DNA of 64,000 bases from an uncultured Armatimonadetes bacterium (lineage in GTDB: Bacteria > Armatimonadota > Hebobacteria > Hebobacterales > Hebobacteraceae): the NCBI GenBank assembly GCA_963716175.1, contig OY970296.1, forward strand, positions 1,184,001-1,248,000, given 5' to 3'. The notes below the pieces were generated by a model that saw only the letters and a program-made list of their open reading frames with translations, had not been told where the DNA came from and did no database searches. Position numbers and translations under genes: made by a program. Shown in pieces: positions 1 to 8,713 of the stretch (its first letter is position 1; each line of letters starts with the position of its first letter).

Positions 1-465
1 ACCGAGACCAAGTACGAGTGGGACACCAGTCCAACCTCAGATGGGCGCTGCTTGCTGCGGGTGATCGCGAGCGACCGGCAGAGCGAGCCGGGCGATCCCG
101 AGCAGGACCAGGCCACGGTCGTGATGTGGGTGGATAACACGGCCCCCGAGATGCTGCTGTTCCGGAGCTCTGTGGCGGTGCAAGAAGACCGGCGGGTGCG
201 GGTGAAGGGAGTGGCCACAGATAAGCTCTCGGCCATTCGGAGTGTGGAGTACCGGGTGGATAGTGAGGACTGGCGCTCGCTGCCGCTGGCGGCGGTGGAT
301 GATCTGGCCAGCGACTTCACCATCATCACCGATCCCCTGTCAGCCGGCAAGCACACCATCGAGGCGAGGGCCTTCGACGCCGCGGGCAATGTGGGCACCG
401 ACAAGGTGGAGGCGGAGGTGAAAGAACCCGCGAAGCCAGCCGAGAAGCCGGGGGAGAAGAAGTAA
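1..465 (+). CDS. Partial (5' end outside window) protein with C-terminal Ig-like/fibronectin-like domains
   Basis: Frame 1 is open from base 1 (TETKYEWDTS...RVIASD...VDNTAP...VEYRVD...ARAFDAAGN) to TAA at 463-465. The motifs are typical of bacterial Ig-like domains. Confidence 0.7.
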   Translation, partial: TETKYEWDTSPTSDGRCLLRVIASDRQSEPGDPEQDQATVVMWVDNTAPEMLLFRSSVAVQEDRRVRVKGVATDKLSAIRSVEYRVDSEDWRSLPLAAVDDLASDFTIITDPLSAGKHTIEARAFDAAGNVGTDKVEAEVKEPAKPAEKPGEKK

Positions 466-477
466 TGGAGGCCGGGT

Positions 478-1335
478 CTGTACCTGATCTACGTTGACGA
501 AAGCGGGAACACGGGGGCGAGGCTCGACGACCGACAGCAGCCTGTGCACTTTCTGGCGGCCGTGTTTGTCTCAGAAGAGGCGTGGCTTAACGGCTACGAA
601 TACTGGCGTAATCAAGTCTTGGGGCTGACCCGGGACCTGGCCGCGGAGGCCGGCATGGCCCCCCCGCCAGAACTGCATGCGGCGGATGTCTACCACGGCA
701 CTCGCCACTTCCGCGGGATGCCGCGGCAAGCGCGCGAGCAAATCATCCGCGCTGCGCTGAGCACGCTCCAGCACTATCGCCTCGACGTCATCTACTCGGC
801 TTGCCACAAGAAGCGACTGGCCTCGCAGGACTGGCAAGGTCAGGTCGAGAGGCGATGGCTCGTGGAACGGTTTCTGTATCCGGGACAGATAGGGCGGCCT
901 GCCGAGCCCTTGCAGCCAGAACTCCCAGGCGCGCTCACCTGGAGCCTATTACTCCCCGGATGCAGTGCGCACCTCGCGGGGGTGGCAGCGGGAGGTCCGG
1001 CTCACGGCTTGCTCATAGCTGACCGGAGTAAGTTGCAGGATTATGCGCGGCGGAGCGTGAGAGCTACCGAGCTGATTTCGCTGGTGGACCACCCCGGGCC
1101 GCTTTCGGAGGACGAGGTACTTGAGGATCAGGTCTTCCTGAACCTGCTGGATACGGTGCACTTCGTTGACTCACATGAGTCCCCATACATCCAACTCGCT
1201 GATTTCGTTGCCTACTTCATCATGCGGGCCTGGCGGGCCGGGACCTGGGAGGCACCAGGGCCGGAAGCCCACTACGACGAGTTAGTGCGCCCGGCGATTC
1301 GCCGGGCGTATCACTACCCTCCAAGAAAGAAATGA
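478..1335 (+). CDS. DUF3800 family protein (RNase H-like fold), probable CTG start
   Basis: The frame extends upstream of the listed GTG at 544 to give (M)YLIYVDESGNTG, the family N-terminal DESG motif. C-terminal DS...IQLADFVAY motif present. GGAGG at 467-471 lies 6 nt before CTG at 478. Confidence 0.85.
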   Translation: MYLIYVDESGNTGARLDDRQQPVHFLAAVFVSEEAWLNGYEYWRNQVLGLTRDLAAEAGMAPPPELHAADVYHGTRHFRGMPRQAREQIIRAALSTLQHYRLDVIYSACHKKRLASQDWQGQVERRWLVERFLYPGQIGRPAEPLQPELPGALTWSLLLPGCSAHLAGVAAGGPAHGLLIADRSKLQDYARRSVRATELISLVDHPGPLSEDEVLEDQVFLNLLDTVHFVDSHESPYIQLADFVAYFIMRAWRAGTWEAPGPEAHYDELVRPAIRRAYHYPPRKK

Positions 1336-1391
1336 CGGCTGAGGAGCTTTCGCTCCGGAGTCGCCTTGGGGGCGGCCCGCTCTCAGTCGTC
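1322..1391 (-). ncRNA. Putative ~70-nt structured small RNA convergent on the DUF3800 gene
   Basis: Closing stem GACGACTGAG/CTCAGCCGTC encloses two hairpins, one being GGAGC-GAAA-GCTCC, and is followed by TTTCTTTCTT. A sigma70-type promoter lies directly upstream. Confidence 0.6.
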
Positions 1392-1397
1392 AATGGT

Positions 1398-1426
1398 AGT
1401 ATACCACGAACACGGCCGCTTGTGAA
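1398..1426 (-). promoter_or_regulatory. Sigma70-type promoter for the putative small RNA
   Basis: Minus strand TTCACA-17 nt-TATACT with extended -10 TG (TGGTATACT). Confidence 0.6.
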
Positions 1427-1531
1427 CGCGGCACACACCACGCGCCAAGCTCATTGCACTATCTCGCGATGTCTGATGCCAGGCCGTGAGCTCGGCACGC
1501 GAACTCGCGTCGGGTGCAAGACACGCCTCGC

Positions 1532-2266
1532 CTACCCTCTGGGGCCGCGGTGGCGGCCGCGGAAGCCGCGCAGGCGGTGGGCCAGCCAATGAGGCCGGGC
1601 GGGCGAGGGGCGCGGCTGGCGATCGAGCCGGACGTAGATGTCGCGAGCGGTCTCGGCATCCACCGCCACCTGGGTCTGGCCCAGATCGAAGACAAAAGAG
1701 GGGAAGCGCTGCCTCAGGCTCACCGGCGCGCCGGGCAGCGCGCCCATGGTGAGCAGGCGCTGCAGCAGGTCGCGCCGCTGGGCCTGGAGGTAGGCGATAA
1801 CGCCGGCCTGCCCGGGTTCGAGGTCGGCCAGCGAGGAGACGATCTTGCCGGTGGCGTCGGCCCCGGCGCGGCAGCAGGCCCCGGGTGGGATGGGGCTGCC
1901 GTGAGGGCAGACGCGGGGGTGGCCCAGCAAGGTGCAGATCCGGTCGTCAATCCCCCGTCGCAGCAGGTGCTCGAAGCGGCACGCCGCCTCCGTGGCGAGG
2001 TCCTCGCCGACCGCGAGCACATCGTGGAGCAAGCGCTCGGCCAGCCGCTCCCGGCGGATGACGCCGGCCGCCTCTACCTCCCCCGCGGGCGTCAGGGAGA
2101 CGGCGCCTTCCTCCTCGGCTACTAGCCCTGCCTCCTGCAGCTCTGCGAGGGCCGAGGCCCCCTGTGCCAACGCCGGGCGCGCCAGAGTGTCCGCGCCCTC
2201 CTCTCGCGCCGACCAGAGGGCAGCGAGGATTTCCTCCGCGGGTTCGCTCAGTTCTAACTCGGGCAT
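1532..2266 (-). CDS. DtxR/MntR-family metal-dependent regulator-like protein with C-terminal FeoA domain
   Basis: MPELELSE... contains RRERLAERLL, ACRFEH and CPHGSPIP, then FeoA-like RLLTMGALPG. Its ATG overlaps the feoB stop (TGATG). Confidence 0.85.
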   Translation of the reverse strand: MPELELSEPAEEILAALWSAREEGADTLARPALAQGASALAELQEAGLVAEEEGAVSLTPAGEVEAAGVIRRERLAERLLHDVLAVGEDLATEAACRFEHLLRRGIDDRICTLLGHPRVCPHGSPIPPGACCRAGADATGKIVSSLADLEPGQAGVIAYLQAQRRDLLQRLLTMGALPGAPVSLRQRFPSFVFDLGQTQVAVDAETARDIYVRLDRQPRPSPARPHWLAHRLRGFRGRHRGPRG

Positions 2267-4295
2267 CAGATCCGCACTCTCAAGCTGACCAGAGCGAGGT
2301 TGAGCAGGTAGCCCACACTCAGGGCCAGGGGCAGGATGATGGCCCCGACGGCGAGGGCGGCCCGCAGGCCGCGTTCCTTCTGCATCACCACGAACTGCGC
2401 GATGCAGGGGATGAAGAGGGTGAGGGTGACCATGGCCACCACCAGGGGAACACCCGAGACCGCCCCGGTGGAGTGGACGTCGAAGATGCGCGCCGCGCCG
2501 TAGTCGCGGCGGAAGAAGCCGAAGAGAAAGGCGTCGGCCGCGGCGTCCGGCAGGCCGAGAGCATGCACCACCGGGCGAAGCGCGGCGATCGCGAGCGGGA
2601 AGAGGTGGAGCAGTTCGCCGGCCCAGATCAGGACGCTGGCGAGCAGGAAGAGAGGGATCACCTCGGCCGCGTACCAGCGCAATCGGGCCAGGGTCTTGGC
2701 GGCGACGTTTCGCAGCGAGGGCATCCGCATAGGCGGGATCTCGAGGTAGAAACGAGCGGCCTCCCCCGGCACCACGCGGGAGGCCAAGAAGCCGGATAGC
2801 AGCAGGACCGCCATCACCACGCCAGCCCAGATCAGCAGGCCCAGGGGATGGTCGGAGAGCAGGCCCAGGATGACGCCAAGCTGGGCCGAACAGGGGATGG
2901 CGAGGGCGAGCAAGAAGGTGGCGATGAGGCGCTCCCGGCGGGTCGCGAGGACCCGGGTCACCAGGGTGGCCATGGTGTCGCAGCCCAGCCCCAGCACCAT
3001 GGGGATGACGGCCCGGCCCAGAGGCCGATGCGCTTGAAGATGCGATCCACCAGCAGCGCGAGCCGGGGCAGATAGCCGCTGTCCTCGAGCAACGCGAACA
3101 TGAGGAAGAAAAGGCCCACCAGGGGGAGCACCACGGCGATGGCATAGCGTACCCCGAGCGTGAGCACTCCGTAGTCGCCCACCAGCAGGTGAGACCAGGT
3201 GGGCCAGGGCAGCAGCCGCTGGACGAACGCGGTCAGGGCTGGATTGAGCTGCTGGCGGAAGAGCTGCTTATCCAGCAGGTCCACCACCACTCCTGCCCCG
3301 AGCCGACCGACCACCAGGTAGATGGCATAGAGCGCCACCGCCAGCACGAGGAGGCCGGCGATGGGATGCACCGCGAGCCGACCCAGCAGCTCGGCGAAGG
3401 CAGGGCGAAGGCGGCCGGCGCTGGTGGTGATAGCCCTGGTCGCAATGCCGTCGGCGGCCCGTTGGCGAGCGACCGCGATGGGAATGGCCAGGGACTGCGG
3501 ATAGCGCGCCTCCGCGTCAGTCACCACGGCCTCTATCTTCGGGAGGACATCGGGCTCGCCCGCGAGCACGCGGGCGCGCGCGGCGGGGTCGCGCTGAAGC
3601 AGCAGCAGGGCAAACCCGCGAGCTGAGATAGGATAGCGCTTGTGGAGCAGGCCGGTGATGGTGGCGACAGCGGCCTCGATGGCCGGGGGATAGGCGACAG
3701 AGAAGCGAGCAGGCGGAGGCAGGGGACCGGCGAGGAGGGCGCGAAGCCGGTCCAGGCCCAGGCCGTTGGCGGCGGCGGTGGTCACCACGGGCAGTCCCAG
3801 GGCGCGAGCCAGCACACCTTCCTGCACTCCCAGGCCGGCGCGGGCGGCCTCGTCTATGATGTTGACGTCGAGCGCCACTGGTAGCCCGGCCTCCATGAGC
3901 TGGAGAGTCAAGGGCAGCATGCGCCGGAGGTGTCGCGCCTCCACCACGTGGAGCACGAGATTGGGGGACTCATCGAGGAGCAGGCTCTGGGCCACCTGCT
4001 CGTCCTCGGAGAGAGGAGCCAGCGAGTAGGCGCCAGGGCTGTCGAGCACCTGGAGCAGTATGTCCCCGATACGGGCGCGGCCGCGGGTGACCTCGACCGT
4101 GGTGCCAGGGTAGTTGGAGACCACCGCATAGGAGCCAGTGAGCTGGTTGAAGAGCATGCTTTTCCCGACGTTGGGCGAGCCGAAAAGGGTGAGCTTTCGC
4201 TGGACCAGCGCCGGGACGAGGGGGCAGGTGTCACAGCCGCACCCGCGCCGGCCGGCGAGGAGACCGCGGACGAATCCCAGGGCGCGGGCGGTCAT
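2266..4295 (-). CDS. feoB: Ferrous iron transporter FeoB, with a 1-nt frameshift near 3020
   Basis: G1 GSPNVGKS, G2 NYPGTT, G3 DSPG, LEDSGYLPR. Restoring one base gives RIGLSGRAVIPMVLGLGC and joins the C-terminal ORF 2266-3000 containing IPC motifs. Confidence 0.9.
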
Positions 4296-4296
4296 C

Positions 4297-4962
4297 TCAG
4301 GCTCTCCGCTCCGCGGCCTGCACCCGAACGGTGGCAGCGAGGCCCACGCCGAGAGTATGGGTCTGGCCGCCCGCGGTGAGGACAACCGTGCCGGCGGCGG
4401 GCCTGCGCATCGTGATCTGGACGCGGGTGCCCGGGAGCAGATCGCGCTCAGCCAGGTAGCGGACCACCTCCGGAGATTCATCCTCCAGCCGCGAGATGAT
4501 CAGGTGTCGCCTGAGCGGAGCATCCAGCAGCGACACGGTGCGATCGCGGGCAGCGAGGTTGATGGGGTGGCCGTGGGGACAGGAGCTGGGCGCGCCAAGG
4601 GCGTCAGCGATGCGCGTCTCCAGGTCGGGAGAAACCACGTGCTCGAGGCGGCAGGCATGGTCGTGCGCCTGGTCGAGTGGCACCTTGAGCAGGTCGGTGA
4701 GCAGCCGTTCGGCGAGCCGGTGGCGGCGGATCAACTGATAGGCGAGACGCCGGCCCTGCTCGGTGAAGGCGATGTCGTGATAGCGCCGGTAGGTGATCAG
4801 CCCCAGAGCGGCCAGCCGCCGCAGCATCCCGGTGACGGAAGCGGGCTTGACCGCAAGCTGGCGGGCGAGGCCCATGGTGGACACACCACCGGGCCGGCGG
4901 CTGAGGCGATGAATCGCCTCCAGGTACTCCTCCACATGGGAGGATAGAGCTGGTGTAGTCAC
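4297..4962 (-). CDS. DtxR/IdeR/MntR-family metal-dependent repressor with FeoA-like SH3 domain
   Basis: EEYLEAI, HTH VKPASVTGML, RRHRLAE, ACRLEH and CPHG motifs. RBS AAAGGAGG precedes the GTG. Confidence 0.92.
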   Translation of the reverse strand: MTTPALSSHVEEYLEAIHRLSRRPGGVSTMGLARQLAVKPASVTGMLRRLAALGLITYRRYHDIAFTEQGRRLAYQLIRRHRLAERLLTDLLKVPLDQAHDHACRLEHVVSPDLETRIADALGAPSSCPHGHPINLAARDRTVSLLDAPLRRHLIISRLEDESPEVVRYLAERDLLPGTRVQITMRRPAAGTVVLTAGGQTHTLGVGLAATVRVQAAERRA

Positions 4963-4974
4963 GGCCGCCCTCCT

Positions 4975-5037
4975 TTAGGCAAGCCAAACGAAAAAGTTAG
5001 GCTCACCTAATTATACCACCTTCGGCGGCGGTGTCAA
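4975..5037 (-). promoter_or_regulatory. Consensus promoter with two DtxR-family operator boxes
   Basis: TTGACA-16 nt-TATAAT with extended TG (5037-5010). Palindromes TTAGGCTCACCTAA (4997-5010) and TTAGGCAAGCCAAA (4975-4988). Confidence 0.8.
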
Positions 5038-5048
5038 CCAGGGAGTTC

Positions 5049-5190
5049 GTAGGGCAGGAGCGTTGCCTCCTGCCCATGCTCAGGCGGGCACGGGAGTGCC
5101 CGCCCTACAGTCCGGGTTAGTGTGGGAGCCCGGTCCTCCGGGCGATCCATCCTCGGGCCGGGTAATCGCCCCGGGGACGGGGCTCCCACA
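5049..5190. repeat. REP cluster: inverted GTAG REP pair plus a GTGG REPIN-like long hairpin
   Basis: GTAGGGCAGGAG...CTCCTGCCC...GGCGGGCAC...GTGCCCGCCCTAC (5049-5108) and TGTGGGAGCCC...GCGAT/ATCGC...GGGCTCCCACA (5121-5190). Confidence 0.8.
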
Positions 5191-5318
5191 GCCGGCGGCG
5201 GGACAGGTTTGTCTTCTGCCGGGAACATGCCTCCGCATCGGCCACAGCGACTGGGCGCGGCGGGGGAATAATGCGGGTGGAAGGGCGAGGTGGGCTGAGA
5301 TGTGAAGGAGGAACTGAC

Positions 5319-5513
5319 ATGACCAAGGTGCTACGGTGTCGTGATGTGGGGATCGCTTGCGACTACGTCGCCTGTGGGAGCACGGTGGAGGACGTGCTGA
5401 GGCAGGGAGCCGAGCATGCCCGGATCGTGCACGACAAGACCAGCTTCTCCCCGGAAGAGGAGCAGAAAGTCAGGTCCTTGATCCGCGACGAGGAGCGGTG
5501 CCCGTCGAAGTGA
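5319..5513 (+). CDS. DUF1059 family small metal-binding protein
   Basis: MTKVLRCRDVGIACDY...EHARIVH pattern. RBS AAGGAGG. Confidence 0.85.
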   Translation: MTKVLRCRDVGIACDYVACGSTVEDVLRQGAEHARIVHDKTSFSPEEEQKVRSLIRDEERCPSK

Positions 5514-5530
5514 CTTCGCGGGCGGGAACG

Positions 5531-5567
5531 ACAAGCCGAGCACGCCTGCAGGCGCGCTCGGCTTGTT
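5531..5567. terminator. Hairpin terminator after the DUF1059 gene
   Basis: ACAAGCCGAGC...GCTCGGCTTGT stem between convergent genes. Confidence 0.5.
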
Positions 5568-5734
5568 CATGGCCGGGACAGGGGCTGTTGCGGGACCAAC
5601 CTGGCCCCCGTTCAGAGACGCCTGCCCAGGGCAGCCTTGGCCACATCTCCCCAGGCCGTGACTGAGACCGTAGAGTTACCGATGGGAATGGACATCTGAA
5701 GTCCCTGGTCAACTGGCTGCCTGATCCGAAGGCC

Positions 5735-6409
5735 CTATCCGATCCCGGTCTGACCTGGCGCAGGAGGAGGCGCTTGGCAGACGCCTTCGTTCGGCTTGCG
5801 GGCCAGCACCCACAGCCACGTCTCATTGTTGCTCGTCCGCGTGTCTCCGCTCGCCACCTCGAAGCCGGCCGCACGGAGCATGCCGAGATTCTCGTCGGCG
5901 TCCAGGTGGCTCCACCACATCGGCGCGCCCCATCCGTTCCAGTCCTCGATGGTCTCCTCCCATCCCCGTATCGTCCACGTGGCCAGGAAGAGACCGTCTG
6001 GCTTCAGCCACGTATGGATGCGCCGAACCAATCCGGCCTGCTCCGCGGCGGGCACGTGGATGATGGCATAGCATGACACCACGGCATCGAACCCACCCGG
6101 AGCGAAGTCCACCGCGGTCATATCGGCCTTGATGAAGTGGCCGGTAGGGACATGCCTCCGCGCCAGCTCGATCTGCCGCGCGGAGATGTCAACTCCCGTA
6201 ACAGCGAACTGCTGCGCCAGTCTCTGGCCGACCGGAACCCCCGCTCCGCAGCCGAGATCCAGCACGGCCGCACCAGCTGGCACCATGGTAATCAGTTGCT
6301 CGAGCGGAGCATACGTACCGGGATCGTAGCCCTCCTTGGTCGCCAGGTACGCCGCCGCGATCAGGTCATAGCTCGTCTCGACAAGCCGTTTCTCCTCGCC
6401 TTTGCGCAT
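5735..6409 (-). CDS. Class I SAM-dependent methyltransferase
   Basis: VLDLGCGAG, GVDIS, ADM, FDAVV and LKPDG motifs. Confidence 0.9.
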   Translation of the reverse strand: MRKGEEKRLVETSYDLIAAAYLATKEGYDPGTYAPLEQLITMVPAGAAVLDLGCGAGVPVGQRLAQQFAVTGVDISARQIELARRHVPTGHFIKADMTAVDFAPGGFDAVVSCYAIIHVPAAEQAGLVRRIHTWLKPDGLFLATWTIRGWEETIEDWNGWGAPMWWSHLDADENLGMLRAAGFEVASGDTRTSNNETWLWVLARKPNEGVCQAPPPAPGQTGIG

Positions 6410-6417
6410 GGGCCCTC

Positions 6418-7068
6418 CTAACTGTGCCTGCTGAAGACCAGACAGTAGCTGTGGTCGTAGCCGTAAGCAGATGATCCCTGCCCGCCGATGACGATCTCTC
6501 CCTCGAAGTGCATTACTTCGCCAATGGCTCCAGCCACATCCCAGGCGAGCGTGGTGACCTGGTCAGGCCGCTTCAGATTCGCCACCTCGAGGATGGCGCG
6601 TGCATTCGGCTTCATGACCCCCGACACTTGTCGGTAGATGTCCTGCAGGCCTTGGAGATACTGCTCATAGCCCGCGCCCGGGCCTGCGTACGCGGCGAGA
6701 GGGTCCTCGGCATCTCCTCTGCACATGAACGGCGGCGAAGTGAGAGAGAGGTCGAAGAGTGGCAGCTGGTACGAAGCCAGTTGGCGCGAATCTCCCTCGA
6801 TCAGGCTGCCAGGGCGGTGAAGCAGAGATCGCGCGTAGGCAGCGTGCCGGGAGTTGAGCTCAATGCCCACAGGCACCCTTCCCATACGCTCGGCCACCAC
6901 CAGAGTCGTCCCGAACCCGGCGAAGGGATCGAAGACGACATCGCCCTCCTGAGTGAACTCCCGCAGAAGCAACTCCACTAGCGCCTCCGAGGAACGCACG
7001 TCAAAGCGAAACTCCGAAGGGAGTTCCTTCGCGGGAACGGTCGGCAAGGTTATGAACGTTCGCATCAT
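6418..7068 (-). CDS. Short N4/N6 DNA-methylase-like (amino) methyltransferase
   Basis: Motif I VFDPFAGFGTT followed by motif IV TSPPF. Only 216 aa. Confidence 0.8.
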   Translation of the reverse strand: MMRTFITLPTVPAKELPSEFRFDVRSSEALVELLLREFTQEGDVVFDPFAGFGTTLVVAERMGRVPVGIELNSRHAAYARSLLHRPGSLIEGDSRQLASYQLPLFDLSLTSPPFMCRGDAEDPLAAYAGPGAGYEQYLQGLQDIYRQVSGVMKPNARAILEVANLKRPDQVTTLAWDVAGAIGEVMHFEGEIVIGGQGSSAYGYDHSYCLVFSRHS

Positions 7069-7074
7069 CTGCTC

Positions 7075-8175
7075 CTATTTCCCCGCCTCGTACAGCCCCA
7101 CCAACCCCGCGCGCCGATTCGGCCAGTCCCGAACGCACACGAGGTTGGTGAGTTGGTCCACGGAGCCGACGAACCGCGGTAGCCGTTTGATCTCCTCACT
7201 TGTGATCTTCCCGTAGATTGCGTCGCCGGGGTTACACTTGCCCGGAACCAAGTAGGGCCGGTTGAAGAACGGCTCAACCTGAGTCGGCACTGGTTCCGTG
7301 ATTCCCAACGCGTTGTGCATATGAGCTAGGTATTCATATGCCTGGGACAGGTACCGCTCGCGCTCTTGCCAAGTCTGCGCGTCGAGAGCGGCCTGTAGCA
7401 CGGGCATCAGATCTGCCGCGCAGTGCAGTTCCGCGAAGGCCGTTCCATACCACTTGCTGTATGGCGCGTATTGCCGCTCCATCAGGAAGCATAGATCCAT
7501 CACGCTGTGGATCAGCCGCGCCGCAAGCACCCGCGACCCGAGCTCATCGCCCACATCGCCGCACCGGCCCATGAACGGGCACTCCTGCCCGATGTGCTCC
7601 CACAGTGCGGAGAGGAGGTAGTACCAGATCTCGTCCGGGTAGAAGTGGAGCTTCTGCCGCATCGGCTCGAGTTCACCCAGCCCATCGTAGAAGACCCGCC
7701 CGGAGCGCAGCAGGCGCAGAGTCTGCTGCGGTAGGGTGAGCCAGTCCAGCGTCGTCAACTCACGATTCGGGTTGAAGGGTCGGTAGCTGACTACGAAAGT
7801 GTCCACATTGATGCAGTAGACGCGATGCTCAATGGGCCCATACTCCAGGCGCGCCGGTTTTCCCACTTCATCGGAAGTCGAGTCGTAGTTCGTGGGCACC
7901 CCGGCTACCTCTCGGGGCAATTCGTGGCGCATCGCCTCCACAATCCCGGCCGAGTACTGCGCGTGATCCTCGGGCGACAGGTACACTTGGACCTCGGGCC
8001 CCCAACCGTGGTCCATCGACAGCGGCGTATCGTAGCCGAGCGTGTCGGACCCACGCCCCAGCCGCGCCGCAGAGTAACGCACCTCTGGGAAGTGCTGCTC
8101 CATCACTGGCTTCACGCCTTCGTGGTAGAGCCGCTCTGCCAGCACCATTCCCTTCACGAACGGGTATGAGATCAT
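7075..8175 (-). CDS. DUF4037 domain protein (nucleotidyltransferase-like N-terminus)
   Basis: GRGSDTLGYD..SMDHGWGP, FYDGLG, GRCGDVGDELGS and YAPYSKWYG motifs. Confidence 0.85.
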   Translation of the reverse strand: MISYPFVKGMVLAERLYHEGVKPVMEQHFPEVRYSAARLGRGSDTLGYDTPLSMDHGWGPEVQVYLSPEDHAQYSAGIVEAMRHELPREVAGVPTNYDSTSDEVGKPARLEYGPIEHRVYCINVDTFVVSYRPFNPNRELTTLDWLTLPQQTLRLLRSGRVFYDGLGELEPMRQKLHFYPDEIWYYLLSALWEHIGQECPFMGRCGDVGDELGSRVLAARLIHSVMDLCFLMERQYAPYSKWYGTAFAELHCAADLMPVLQAALDAQTWQERERYLSQAYEYLAHMHNALGITEPVPTQVEPFFNRPYLVPGKCNPGDAIYGKITSEEIKRLPRFVGSVDQLTNLVCVRDWPNRRAGLVGLYEAGK

Positions 8176-8380
8176 GTCATTCCTCTCGTAGTTCTCAATC
8201 TCGCTTCATCGGCTTTGGGTTGTCAGCAGATGGCGGACGGATTGGAGATCGCTAGAGGGGGTTAGAGTCGCTCTTGCCCTCTCTATCGCCCATCGCCCCT
8301 TCTCCGATGCTGGATCGAACCAGCACAGCTTGTCGAAGAGGAGGATCACCGCCGGGGCAGACCCGAGGTGACCGGCCAGC

Positions 8381-8412
8381 AGAAGCGCCACAGACCTGCT
8401 GGCCTGTGGCGC
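8381..8412 (-). terminator. Possible attenuator hairpin upstream of the DUF4037 operon
   Basis: GCGCCACAG/CTGTGGCGC stem followed by a weak U-tract (TTCT). Confidence 0.4.
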
Positions 8413-8437
8413 GCGTGGTTCGGGAACGGAAGCTAGC

Positions 8438-8557
8438 TCAGGTGAGCGGGGCTCCAGGCCGTGCGGCTCGTGCTTCGTAGCGAAGGAGCTTCGCTACTTC
8501 GCAGAGCAGCAGCAGGTGATGACCGGTTTCTCTCGGGACGCGAGTTGTCGTCTTCAC
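8438..8557 (-). CDS. Putative 39-aa leader peptide (MKTTTRVPRETGHHLLLLCEVAKLLRYEARAARPGAPLT)
   Basis: Strong RBS AAGGAGGTG before the GTG. Lies between a promoter and a hairpin. Confidence 0.45.
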   Translation of the reverse strand: MKTTTRVPRETGHHLLLLCEVAKLLRYEARAARPGAPLT

Positions 8558-8599
8558 GGTCACCACCTCCTTCCGCCTCAGGCACGGCCGACACCTGGC

Positions 8600-8628
8600 A
8601 GTCTACTCGTGGATGCACGCGAAGTCAA
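8600..8628 (-). promoter_or_regulatory. Sigma70-type promoter
   Basis: TTGACT-17 nt-TAGACT on the minus strand. Confidence 0.6.
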
Positions 8629-8713
8629 CCGTCGCGCGCCAGTTCCCAAGGTCTACTTGGAGCCGCCGCTCATCGTCGGGATCGGATTGGTCAGGGCCTG
8701 GGTACGGCTCAGA

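Noticed and set aside
5640-5700. c-di-GMP-I riboswitch, suggested by GTTACCGATGG
   Set aside because: The GGCAAAC/GAAA/GCAAAGC core is absent, and the site lies between convergent gene ends.
6418-7068. Restriction-modification system
   Set aside because: No endonuclease or specificity subunit is adjacent.
8206-8391. 61-aa ORF upstream of DUF4037
   Set aside because: It starts inside the hairpin with no SD and has no recognisable motif. It could be a gene remnant but is unsupported.
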